DNA of 64,000 nt from the NCBI GenBank assembly GCA_031267825.1, contig JAIRYJ010000005.1, positions 5,765-69,764 of the forward strand, read 5' to 3'. Below are positions 27,559 to 36,731 of this stretch, in pieces (positions within the stretch are counted from its first letter, which is position 1; the number at the start of each line of letters is the position of its first letter). The notes beneath the pieces were generated by a model. The model had not been told where the DNA came from and did no database searches. It saw only the letters and a program-made list of their open reading frames with translations. A program made the translations under genes and the position numbers. This DNA is from Bifidobacteriaceae bacterium. GTDB taxonomy: Bacteria > Actinomycetota > Actinomycetes > Actinomycetales > WQXJ01.

Positions 27559-29409
27559 TCAGATCCAGGTCGCGGTGTTGGAGCAGGCGATCAGTGTCAC
27601 GATGACACCGTTGATGATGCCTGGCAGGTACGGGTTGTTGGTCAGACGGTAGATCTTGCGTGAAATCACGGTCGAAGCTGGCAGGATCAACAACAGCGGG
27701 AACAGCCAGAGCACCACCATTGATCCGCTCGGCCAGGCGAGCCAGCCGGTGGAGAACAAGACAATGTACTGGATGACTAGCAGCCCAACGGCTGGCAGAG
27801 TGTTGAAGGCCGCTAGGACGGCGGTGTTGACCCATTCGCGTTCGCCTGACTTGCCGGTCAGTTTGATGAAGTTGATCGAGTTGGCCGCGATCGACGCCAT
27901 GACGTAGAAGACCAGCAGGAAGATCATGACCGGGAAGACCGATACCCAGATGACACCCGGCGGGAAGGCCTTGACGGCTAGTACCCAAAGACGGAAGTCG
28001 GTCTTGAAGAAGTAGTCCACCACAAAGACGCACAGGTAGGAGACCGCCACCACGATGCCCGCCAGGGCAACAGTCTTACCAACCTGGCGCCATGGCATCG
28101 TGATGCCGCGTTCAGCTAGGGTGATGCCACGTTTGCGCATGTAGAGGAAATAGAACGCGGCTAGGACGAGCAATGTGAAGACACCACAGGCGGCCGCCCA
28201 AATCGAAATACCAGCCGGTGAGGACTGCGCCCACGGGTCACGCGAGATTGTGAAGGCGTGCGCGTTGGTCAGGATCGGAATATAGGCCACAGCGGCGAAG
28301 ATCGCACCGAGCACTAATGTGCCCCAGAACCAGTACTTGCCTGGTTTGTCAGATGTTCTGATCGCGACGGTTTGCCCGGCCCGCAGTGAGCTGAAGAACG
28401 GTACCCGCAGCATCAACATGGCGAAGCAGGTGATGAACATGGCGAATCCGATCAGTCCAACAAAGTTGAAGGCTTCTTTCCATTGCCAGACTTGGCTGGT
28501 TGAGCCGATCTCATCGGGTAGGTCTAGTGCTTCGGTGAAGAACTCGATTGTGGCGGTGGTTGAACGCTTCGAGAAATGAGACCACGGGTGTGTGATCGGT
28601 GGTGTGTAAACCACCCTCATCGCTTCACTGCCGTCGAGGTTGTCGCGGTAGACGGTGTCGGCTTGGCGGACATCGTCTGGTGGCAGAGTGCCATAGTGCA
28701 GGAACGATTGGGCTTTACCGTAGTTGATGAAGTCGCGCGCGGCGGTCTGTTCGCCTGCCTCGTCAACATCGCGGAAGAAGAACTCGTCGTACTGGACGGC
28801 GATAATGCCGGCGTCACGCTGGCCATAAATGTCGATCCATTCGCCGGTGTCAGCATCGGAGAAGGTCGGGTTGTAGGAGTTGAACAGGACAGCCGAGATC
28901 AGGTTGGTGCCGAGTTCGTTGTCGGTCGCTACAGCCACATCTGATGATTCGCCGCCGAGTGAGTGCCCGGTGATTCCGATGCGGCTGGAGTCAACCATGT
29001 CCAGGCCGGAGAACATCTTGACGGCTTCATACATGCCGGTAGTGAGTGTTGGAATATCGGGCACGTTCTCCGACAAGCCGTGTGAGTACATGTCCATTGA
29101 CAGAACAACAAAGCCGCGGCGTGACAACTCAACATAGTTGGCGTCCTGCATTTCACGGTTGTTGAACAGGCCGTGGCTGACTACCACGCCCGGTGCTGGG
29201 TTTTCGGCTGTGGCTCCGTCTGGTACAAACAGCAGACCACTCATTTCAACTCCGGGAGCGGTCTCCCAGCGCAGGTCTGTGACGGACACGCTGCCGCCTG
29301 AGGTTTGGATGGCTGAGGCGCCAATGGCGCTGACTAGCATCAGCGCCAGCGAGCCGCAGAGCCACCATCCTGTTCTGTTTGTCTTGGGTTTGACCCCTGT
29401 GTCCGACAT
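27559..29409 (-). CDS. Alpha/beta-hydrolase fused to a polytopic membrane domain (paralog B)
   Basis: Same architecture and motifs as paralog A; RBS GAGGAG before ATG 29409. Confidence 0.8.
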   Translation of the reverse strand: MSDTGVKPKTNRTGWWLCGSLALMLVSAIGASAIQTSGGSVSVTDLRWETAPGVEMSGLLFVPDGATAENPAPGVVVSHGLFNNREMQDANYVELSRRGFVVLSMDMYSHGLSENVPDIPTLTTGMYEAVKMFSGLDMVDSSRIGITGHSLGGESSDVAVATDNELGTNLISAVLFNSYNPTFSDADTGEWIDIYGQRDAGIIAVQYDEFFFRDVDEAGEQTAARDFINYGKAQSFLHYGTLPPDDVRQADTVYRDNLDGSEAMRVVYTPPITHPWSHFSKRSTTATIEFFTEALDLPDEIGSTSQVWQWKEAFNFVGLIGFAMFITCFAMLMLRVPFFSSLRAGQTVAIRTSDKPGKYWFWGTLVLGAIFAAVAYIPILTNAHAFTISRDPWAQSSPAGISIWAAACGVFTLLVLAAFYFLYMRKRGITLAERGITMPWRQVGKTVALAGIVVAVSYLCVFVVDYFFKTDFRLWVLAVKAFPPGVIWVSVFPVMIFLLVFYVMASIAANSINFIKLTGKSGEREWVNTAVLAAFNTLPAVGLLVIQYIVLFSTGWLAWPSGSMVVLWLFPLLLILPASTVISRKIYRLTNNPYLPGIINGVIVTLIACSNTATWI

Positions 29410-29682
29410 CGTCGTCTCCTCGCGATTGGTTGTTGGGTTTAGCTGAGTCTCTTGACAGTCACCAACACCCAAACGCGCTATCCGGGAGATTCGAAGACGC
29501 CCTGAATGCGCCTGTACACTGACCCGAATTCCCGAATCGGTCCGGCCTGTGACGGCACTCCGAGCCACATCGCTTCGGGCGCTTTTGGCGCCCGCCACGG
29601 TGCTGCCTTCGGCATCAGGAGTGCGGAGTCGGGGAGGCTCACAAGACAGTGAACAGGCCTGGCCAAGCTACCAAAAGGTACC

Positions 29683-29696
29683 TGCACTAACGTGCA
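29683..29696. promoter_or_regulatory. Palindromic operator-like site TGCAC-N4-GTGCA upstream of paralog B
   Basis: Identical to 27320-27333. Confidence 0.55.
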
Positions 29697-29746
29697 CAGT
29701 CCGGGCTCAGGCTGGCCAAATGGTCAGTCTTGGCTCAGGCGAGTTT

Positions 29747-29821
29747 CACCGCCTCGAGTTAGTCCCACCACCTCAAGCCAGTCTCATCACCTCAAGTCAG
29801 CCCTCGCCACCTCAAGTTAGC
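29747..29821. repeat. Degenerate 19-20-bp tandem repeat x4 (CACCACCTCAAGTTAG-like)
   Basis: Units start at 29747, 29766, 29785 and 29805 in the divergent intergenic region. Confidence 0.75.
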
Positions 29822-29869
29822 TGTCGTCGCCCGCTGGTCGACTGACGCCGCGCCAGCTAGCCTGAACTG

Positions 29870-30919
29870 GTGCATGGTGAGTACAAAACTCCAGGTGGCA
29901 AGCTGGTGTCGGTTGATGTCGGGCCGTCTGATGGGCGTTTGAGGACGGTTCGGCTATCTGGTGACTTCTTCTTGGAACCAGATGAGGCTCTGGCCAGAAT
30001 TGAAACGGCGCTGGTCGGCGCCCCAGTTGATGAACCAGCCGAAGGTCTGGCCAAGCGCATCAACCTGGCCTTGGAACCGGCCGACAGGTTGATCGGATTT
30101 GACGCCACAGCTGTGGCAATAGCTGTCCGCCGGGCACTCGGTAAGTCCTCAACTTGGGCGGATCACCGGTTCACGTTGGTCCAGGACCAGCCGCGCGATG
30201 CTTACACCCAAATGGCTTTAGATCAGGTTTTTGCCGAGGAATTGGCGGCCGGTCGGCGCGGGCCAACTTTGCGGCTATGGCAATGGGCTTCCAACGCTGT
30301 TGTGATCGGGTCATACCAGTCCTGGTCAAATGAGGTAGATCAGGCAGGAGCCGCCCGTCACAACGTCACCGTGGTGCGCCGGGTGTCCGGCGGCGGCGCG
30401 ATGTTCATTGAACCCGGTAACACCATCACCTATTCGTTGGTTGTCCCAGAGTCGCTGGTTGATGGCATGAGTTTCATTGATTCCTATGCCTTTCTTGATG
30501 CCTGGTGTGTTGGGGCGTTACGGACCCTCGGCATAGACGCCTCGTATCAGCCGATCAATGACATCGCCAGCCCGGCCGGGAAGATTGCTGGGGCCGCTCA
30601 GAAACGGTTCGCTGACGGCTCGGTGTTGCATCACGTCACAATGGCTTATGACATTGACGCCGCCAAAATGCTTGAAGTGCTCAGAATCGGCCGCGAAAAA
30701 CTGTCTGACAAAGGCACCAGCTCGGACGCTAAACGCGTTGATCCGTTGCGTTCGCAGACTGGTATGCCACGCCAGGCGATCATCGAAGCACTAATTAACC
30801 ACTTCGCCTCACTCTATGGCTTGAACCAGTCAGAGCCAACGCGGGCCGAATTGTCCCGGGCCGCTGAACTAGTCGAATTGAAGTTCGCCAGCCGTCAGTG
30901 GCTCCAACGCGTGCCGTGA
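29870..30919 (+). CDS. lplA: Lipoate-protein ligase, actinobacterial permuted type with N-terminal accessory domain
   Basis: N-terminal MHGEYKTPGGKLV...SGDFFLEP; RRVSGGGAMF, NDI and KIAGAAQ. Confidence 0.9.
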   Translation: MHGEYKTPGGKLVSVDVGPSDGRLRTVRLSGDFFLEPDEALARIETALVGAPVDEPAEGLAKRINLALEPADRLIGFDATAVAIAVRRALGKSSTWADHRFTLVQDQPRDAYTQMALDQVFAEELAAGRRGPTLRLWQWASNAVVIGSYQSWSNEVDQAGAARHNVTVVRRVSGGGAMFIEPGNTITYSLVVPESLVDGMSFIDSYAFLDAWCVGALRTLGIDASYQPINDIASPAGKIAGAAQKRFADGSVLHHVTMAYDIDAAKMLEVLRIGREKLSDKGTSSDAKRVDPLRSQTGMPRQAIIEALINHFASLYGLNQSEPTRAELSRAAELVELKFASRQWLQRVP

Positions 30920-31043
30920 GCCGGACCTGTCCGTCCAGAGCGGTTCGGTCAAACAAGCCCAAAACGCCGTCGACCCCCTGACCCGCGGGTTTACTATGGG
31001 GCCGCTCGAGGCGGCACTTCAAGGTGAGAGGCGGGATGACAGT

Positions 31044-31083
31044 AATCGGTCATAGTTGCCCAAAAGGCCAACTGTGACCGATT
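31044..31083. repeat. REP-like palindrome, copy 1
   Basis: AATCGGTCATAGTTG-N10-CAACTGTGACCGATT between convergent genes. Confidence 0.7.
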
Positions 31084-31164
31084 TCCGTAGCGGAAAGTGG
31101 GCTGACTGGCTGGCTGGTGGGGCGGCATCGGGCGGGGTGCTTGGCGTGACTTGACCTGGGGCTG

Positions 31165-31605
31165 TCACTCTTGGGGCGGACCAAGCGTGTCGGTTGTACC
31201 AACCAGATCGCCTGACAACTCAGCCAGGTCCTGGTCAAAGCCGTAAAGGCGTTGCACACCATTTTCAAGCTGGTAGTAATGGCGCAAATAGAACCCTTCA
31301 AGCAGGGCAATCACCAGACAAGCTAGGCCCAGGCCGCGCGACACCCAAATGGTGGCGTCCGGATCGGCCGGGGTCAAAGCCAGCACCGCCCAAGCTGCCA
31401 TTGTGGCCAGCAACAAACCTCCAAAGAACAACGTCACCAGCAGGTGGATCAACCGTTCATGCTGAAAGTGGCGGGTCTGACGGTCGTGATACAAAGCCAG
31501 CCCGGCGCCCGCCAGCCTGGTGTCCTGCCCCGCGAGGCGGCGTTGACGCAGGCCAGCCACCTGCGCGGCGACAAACTGATGATGCTGGAGGAGCCTACGG
31601 TACAT
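31165..31605 (-). CDS. Hypothetical two-TM membrane protein
   Basis: FQHERLIHLLVT...YLRHYYQLENGVQRLY; two hydrophobic helices; TAGAAT lies 6 nt before the ATG. Confidence 0.7.
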   Translation of the reverse strand: MYRRLLQHHQFVAAQVAGLRQRRLAGQDTRLAGAGLALYHDRQTRHFQHERLIHLLVTLFFGGLLLATMAAWAVLALTPADPDATIWVSRGLGLACLVIALLEGFYLRHYYQLENGVQRLYGFDQDLAELSGDLVGTTDTLGPPQE

Positions 31606-31696
31606 GAACCAATTCTATGGATGCCGCCGGAACCCGGGTCAGGCGATAACTTTGAGCGACGCGTTAGGTTTTGAGCGGGCCAGACATGTACCTGAT

Positions 31697-32392
31697 ATGA
31701 AACCGATGGGCGCTGATAGCGTCAGCCAAGTGGATCAGGCGGATAGGGCGTTCGGCCAGATTGGCCGTGACATCCAGGCAGGCGCGCACAGCCAAACCTT
31801 CTATGACGACCAGCTTGACCGTTCCGCTGAGCGCGGCAGATCATCTGAGCCGCAACCGCTTACGCCGTCTGTCCCAGTAGGTGCGGCCTATGATGAGGTT
31901 TTCGCCGAGATGTTCAAAGCACAGTATCCACGCATCTGGGCTTACCTCAGGCGGCGCCTGACCGATCAAGAACTGGCTAACGACATCACCGCTGAGGTGT
32001 TCCGCCTGGCCTGGGAACAGACCCAGAAGGGCGGACCACCGGACCCGCCGTGGCTTTTTGTGACCGCCCGCAATTTGCTGTCAAACGCTTACCGATCTGA
32101 GGCCCGGGCCGCCCAAGCTGGATCAGCCATGGCCACCGAAATGACCCGTGATCCTAACCGGCCACCTCAGTCTGAGTCTCAATCTAACGCTGATGACCTG
32201 CAAGAACGCGTCCGGGAAGCGCTTTGGGCGCTACCCGGTGGGCAACGCGAAATCCTCATCGCCCATTACTGGGATGGCTTTAGTGGGGCCGACTGTGCGG
32301 CGCTGCTGGGCTGTTCAATTCCGGCCGCTTGGATGCGTTTGACACGCGCCAGGGCAGCCTTCAAGACCCGCTTTACAGAACTTAAGGACTAA
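31697..32392 (+). CDS. ECF-family RNA polymerase sigma factor
   Basis: Region 2 (YLRRR...DITAEVFRLAW...WLFVTARN) and region 4 (LPGGQREIL...RLTRARAAF). Start codon uncertain. Confidence 0.88.
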   Translation: MKPMGADSVSQVDQADRAFGQIGRDIQAGAHSQTFYDDQLDRSAERGRSSEPQPLTPSVPVGAAYDEVFAEMFKAQYPRIWAYLRRRLTDQELANDITAEVFRLAWEQTQKGGPPDPPWLFVTARNLLSNAYRSEARAAQAGSAMATEMTRDPNRPPQSESQSNADDLQERVREALWALPGGQREILIAHYWDGFSGADCAALLGCSIPAAWMRLTRARAAFKTRFTELKD

Positions 32393-32394
32393 TC

Positions 32395-33285
32395 ATGAAA
32401 CAACTTTCTATTGCCCGGACCTTGCGTGGCGCCAACCCGGTTGCCACTCCGAACCGGCTTGATCAAGACGGACGCGAACTATTGGTCCGGTTTGTTCATC
32501 CGTCGCTGCTAGTGGACGATGCCGCCCGCACCAGTTCCAGCCACCGTTGGCGTTGGGTTGTGGCAGGGGCGGCCGCGGTGGCGGCCGCGACCGCTGCGGT
32601 GGCGTTTCCTTTGGCGTCTTCGACGCCGGCTGAAGCTAGCCTGACAACTGGTGTTGTTCTAGGGGTGACCGGCGATGAAACCTCAGACCGGCCCTGGGCT
32701 GGTTCGGCCATCGCGGAGTTGACCGCACCCGATGGCACCAGCCGCTGGGTCAGGGCCTGGTCGCAGGCTGGTGACCTGGTGGCCGATCCTGGCGAAAAAC
32801 TGTCCTATAACCAGACCCCGGACGGCGCACTGAACGCTGACGGTGCGGCGTCACTGTTGTCATATGTGCCCACCATTGTGGCGGTGGATGGTGACCGTGA
32901 TGAGGTTACTGTCAGGATCACCTCTGACGCGGCGGCCGACGCCGTGTTAAGCAGTGTGGCGACCGGCCAGACCGGCGGCCAGGGGAAGGTGAAACTGTTG
33001 ACAACGGTTCTGAAGCGGGACGGTGATGTGGTGTTCTACGTCCAAACACTGAGCGCCAGCAGCGATGAAGGACGGGCCGCGCTGGAATCACTTCAAATCG
33101 CACCGGATGGTACCTGGGTTGACGAGGCCGCTGCTGGAAGCTTGGCTTCACCAGCTGACCTGTTGAATGCTCTGACCGAACAGGATGATCCTCTGGCTGG
33201 CCTGACTCCGGAAGAGATCCAAGACTTGCTCGACGAGGGAGGGATCATCTTGGTTGAGGAAGACGGTGTGGTGTCGGCCGGATAA
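32395..33285 (+). CDS. Putative membrane-anchored anti-sigma factor
   Basis: Starts 2 nt after the sigma stop; LRGANP N-terminus, RWRW plus a single TM helix, acidic extracytoplasmic domain. Confidence 0.6.
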   Translation: MKQLSIARTLRGANPVATPNRLDQDGRELLVRFVHPSLLVDDAARTSSSHRWRWVVAGAAAVAAATAAVAFPLASSTPAEASLTTGVVLGVTGDETSDRPWAGSAIAELTAPDGTSRWVRAWSQAGDLVADPGEKLSYNQTPDGALNADGAASLLSYVPTIVAVDGDRDEVTVRITSDAAADAVLSSVATGQTGGQGKVKLLTTVLKRDGDVVFYVQTLSASSDEGRAALESLQIAPDGTWVDEAAAGSLASPADLLNALTEQDDPLAGLTPEEIQDLLDEGGIILVEEDGVVSAG

Positions 33286-33329
33286 TTGGCTACCGTGACG
33301 GGCACCTCAGTTCGCTGGGGTGCCCGTAT

Positions 33330-34529
33330 TTAACTGTCTACCGAATCAATCAGCTCAGCCGCCTGATGGGCGATCTCATACTCCTCATTGGTTGGCGTAA
33401 CCCAAACCTCAATCGGTGAACCGTCAGTTGAGATCAGAGCCGCCCCCCGGGCGGCCGCGTTACGCCCGGCATCCAACTCGATCCCTAAACCCTCCAGGCC
33501 GCGTAAAGCTAGAGCCCGCGTGACTGGATCATTCTCACCAATACCAGCGGTGAAAGCGATCGCATCAACCCGGCCCAACTGGGCGCAATAGGCGCCAATG
33601 TAGTGGCGCAGCCGGTGAGCGAACACATCCAACGCCAACTGGGCGGCGCCATCACCTGAAGCGATTGCCCGGTGAATATCCCGCAAATCAAGCGAACCGC
33701 ACATCCCTAACAGGCCAGACTTCTTATTCAGCAAGTCATCTACTTGGTCGATCGTCAGCCCAGCTTCCCGCACCAAATGGAACACCACCGCCGGGTCAAT
33801 GTCACCGCAGCGTGAACCCATCACAAGGCCCTCTAACGGTGTCAAACCCATTGATGTTTCAACTGACCGCCCGCCCCGGACCGCCGTCATAGAACAACCC
33901 GAACCGATGTGAACAGTGATGATATTGACATCAGCTAAATCCCGGCCCATCGCCCGGGCGGTCTCACGCGAAACATACTGATGCGAAGTGCCATGAAAAC
34001 CGTAACGCCGGATACGGAACTGACGGGCCAGCCCAGGATTAATCGCGTAGCTGTAAGCCTCCGGCGGCAAAGTAGCGTGAAACGCCGTATCGAACACAGC
34101 GACCTGCGGCAGATCAGGGAAAGCCGCCTGAGAAGCTTCGATACCTTGAATATTGGCCGGATTATGGAGTGGCGCCAAAGGCGTGAACTCAATGATTTTG
34201 GCCAGCACTTGAGGGTTGATGATAGTGGCGGCCGAATACTCATCGGCGCCTTGCACCACCCGGTGTCCCACCCCAACAAGCCCAGCTGATCCTAAGTCCG
34301 GGCCGTACTTGGCGAACAGTTTCAGGACGCCACGCAACCCAGTGGTGTGATCCGGTACAGGCGCCTCAATGACATGTTTGCGTTCACCGATACGGTGCGT
34401 CAGCGGTGAAACCGCCTCACCGATCCGTTCAACAATCCCGCTGGCCAGCGCCTGGCGGGTGTCAACGTCAACCAACTGATACTTGAGTGAAGAAGATCCG
34501 GCATTGATTACTAAGACTGTTTCAGCCAC
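33330..34529 (-). CDS. ackA: Acetate kinase
   Basis: VINAGSSSLK, GHRVVQG, PLHNP, YGFHGTSH, MGLTPLEG and PTNEE. GTG start with GAAGGA RBS. Confidence 0.97.
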   Translation of the reverse strand: MAETVLVINAGSSSLKYQLVDVDTRQALASGIVERIGEAVSPLTHRIGERKHVIEAPVPDHTTGLRGVLKLFAKYGPDLGSAGLVGVGHRVVQGADEYSAATIINPQVLAKIIEFTPLAPLHNPANIQGIEASQAAFPDLPQVAVFDTAFHATLPPEAYSYAINPGLARQFRIRRYGFHGTSHQYVSRETARAMGRDLADVNIITVHIGSGCSMTAVRGGRSVETSMGLTPLEGLVMGSRCGDIDPAVVFHLVREAGLTIDQVDDLLNKKSGLLGMCGSLDLRDIHRAIASGDGAAQLALDVFAHRLRHYIGAYCAQLGRVDAIAFTAGIGENDPVTRALALRGLEGLGIELDAGRNAAARGAALISTDGSPIEVWVTPTNEEYEIAHQAAELIDSVDS

Positions 34530-34539
34530 AAGTTTTCCT

Positions 34540-36609
34540 TCAGTTAGCGGATGCCTGTGCCTGGCAGGCGGTGATGATGATGGTGGCGACAATGTCCTCA
34601 ACTAAGGCGCCGCGTGACAAGTCATTAACTGGTTTACGCAAACCTTGCAGGACCGGTCCAATCGCGACAGCCCCAGCTGAACGTTGCACCGCCTTATAGG
34701 TGATGTTGCCTGAATTGAGGTCCGGGAAGATCAATACTGTGGCCCGTCCTGCAACTGGCGAAGACGGCGACTTGGCGGCTCCAACCGAAGCCACAACGGC
34801 GGCATCGTACTGTAACGGACCATCTAACGCCAGGTCTGGCGCGGCCTGACGGGCTAGGCGGGTGGCTTCAGTGACAGCCTCAACCGCTGGGCCAAGACCT
34901 GAAGTGCCAGTCGAATAGGACAGCAGCGCGACTCGCGGCTCAACCCCGAAAGCGGCCGCGGTAGCGGCTGAATCAATCGCGATACCGGCCAACTGGGCTG
35001 GCGTCGGATTAGGGTTGACGGCACAATCACCGAATACCAGCACCCGGTCCGCCATCGCCATCAAGAAAACTGATGACACAACCGCCGTACCGGGCTTAGT
35101 TTTGATGATCTCGAAAGCCGGACGGATCGTGTCAGCGGTGGTGTGAATCGCCCCAGAAACCATCCCGTCAGCCATACCAGTGTGAACCATCATCGTCCCG
35201 AAATAGGTTTCTGAACTGGTCATAACCGCTAAGGCTTTGTCTTTGGTCATGCCTTTATGGGCCCGCAACTTGGCGTAAAGATCAGCGAACCGTTCAACTA
35301 ATTCATCATCCGACGGGTCAACCAGAGTGGCTTTAGACAAATCGATTCCCAGTTCACTGGCTCGCGCCAAAATAGTGTCAGGCTTACCCAAAATGGTGAT
35401 GTTAGCCGCACCCAAAGCGGTGATTTGGGCGGCGGCCCGCAAGATGCGGTCATCTGATCCTTCTGGCAAGACAATGCGTTTCGGGTCACGGCGTGCCTGA
35501 ACCGTTAATGACTGCTGGAAAGCTAGCGGTGTTAGGGTCTCGCGGCCAAAAGATTCCATGGCTTCTACGAATTGGTGCGCGTCAACGCCTTCTTCGAAAG
35601 CCGCCAAAGCGGCTTCAGCTTTGTCTTGTGAACTGAGGTCGAGGTGACCGCGGACCAGGGTGGAGGCGGCCGCCGCTGAGAATGAATCCTTATGGGTCGC
35701 GATTATTGGCAGATCGCCGGCCAATGAGCGGGCCAAGTCCAGTACGGCCCTGTCCGGCATATAACCGCTGCCTAATATGAGGCCAGCCAGGCCGGGGAAG
35801 TTCGGATCGGAATGGGTCGCGGCCAGGCCTAACAGCACACCAACCCGGTCACCGGGGAAAAACACGACCGATCTTGGCGCGATGTGCGCCAAAACGTGTT
35901 CGACTTCTTGGGCGGCGATCGACATGTTGAGGACTTCAAGGCCAAGTGCCGCCGGGTCACCAGAAACCAGGTGCCCGCCAACCGCGTCCATCACAGCACC
36001 CAATGTGGGGGCTAAGGCGATGCGTGAATCTGGGATGGCGGCCGTTGGTACATCAAGGTGGCCTAACTGGGCGCGCATCGAACCGATTTCTTCTGGGCCG
36101 CAACGGTTCGCTATGACACCGATCATTTTGGCGAACTGCGCTTTGATGGTCGCGCTGGCCAGTTCGGCTGAGGCCAGCACCTGACGTGGTGTCCAACCCG
36201 TGGTCGGCACAACCAGAATGACTGGTGTGCCTAAGGTGGCCGCCATCCGGGCGTTGAGGGTGAGTTCTTCCCCGCCGGGCACATCGGTGTGATCTGATCC
36301 GACCACCACAACAACGTCGCAGAGCGTTTTGAAAGCCTCATAGCGGGTCAGGACTTGTTCCATGGCGGCCCGCGGCGCCTGATGGAAGTGCTGGTAGGTG
36401 GTGCCGATGCGGACTTTGCGGTCCGCTTCGATGGTGTCGCGTGTCTTGAGCAGGTCAAGCACGTGGTCGGTGCCGTCGTTGTGGCGCAGGATGGGCCGGA
36501 AAACTCCGACCCGTTCGTAGGAGCGTTTCAATTCCTCCACTAGTCCCAGCGCCACAATAGACTTGACGGCGTCTCGGTCGGTCGAAGCCAGATAAACAGA
36601 ACGTGCCAC
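34540..36609 (-). CDS. pta: Phosphate acetyltransferase (long form)
   Basis: N-terminal BioD-like and DRTGG regions; [19 protein letters not shown] and PVNDLSRG. Confidence 0.96.
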   Translation of the reverse strand: MARSVYLASTDRDAVKSIVALGLVEELKRSYERVGVFRPILRHNDGTDHVLDLLKTRDTIEADRKVRIGTTYQHFHQAPRAAMEQVLTRYEAFKTLCDVVVVVGSDHTDVPGGEELTLNARMAATLGTPVILVVPTTGWTPRQVLASAELASATIKAQFAKMIGVIANRCGPEEIGSMRAQLGHLDVPTAAIPDSRIALAPTLGAVMDAVGGHLVSGDPAALGLEVLNMSIAAQEVEHVLAHIAPRSVVFFPGDRVGVLLGLAATHSDPNFPGLAGLILGSGYMPDRAVLDLARSLAGDLPIIATHKDSFSAAAASTLVRGHLDLSSQDKAEAALAAFEEGVDAHQFVEAMESFGRETLTPLAFQQSLTVQARRDPKRIVLPEGSDDRILRAAAQITALGAANITILGKPDTILARASELGIDLSKATLVDPSDDELVERFADLYAKLRAHKGMTKDKALAVMTSSETYFGTMMVHTGMADGMVSGAIHTTADTIRPAFEIIKTKPGTAVVSSVFLMAMADRVLVFGDCAVNPNPTPAQLAGIAIDSAATAAAFGVEPRVALLSYSTGTSGLGPAVEAVTEATRLARQAAPDLALDGPLQYDAAVVASVGAAKSPSSPVAGRATVLIFPDLNSGNITYKAVQRSAGAVAIGPVLQGLRKPVNDLSRGALVEDIVATIIITACQAQASAN

Positions 36610-36731
36610 TCGTTCCACACCTTTCATCAGTGAGGGGAACCTTTCGCCCAGCATGGGCACACCACTGCCTACTAGTGTACCTAGCGTCGGCCGACTGCTC
36701 TGGTCGGCTAGTTGTTAGGAGCGTTACCGTT

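Noticed and set aside
27056-29698. Glycine, T-box or cobalamin riboswitch identity for the duplicated leader
   Set aside because: GCCGAAGG is present in copy B only. The GGAGAG/CTCTCAGG, T-box GGTGGTACCGCG and B12-box motifs are absent.
29870-30919. Domain-permuted lipoate ligase as a novelty
   Set aside because: An N-terminal accessory domain is an already described actinobacterial LplA architecture.
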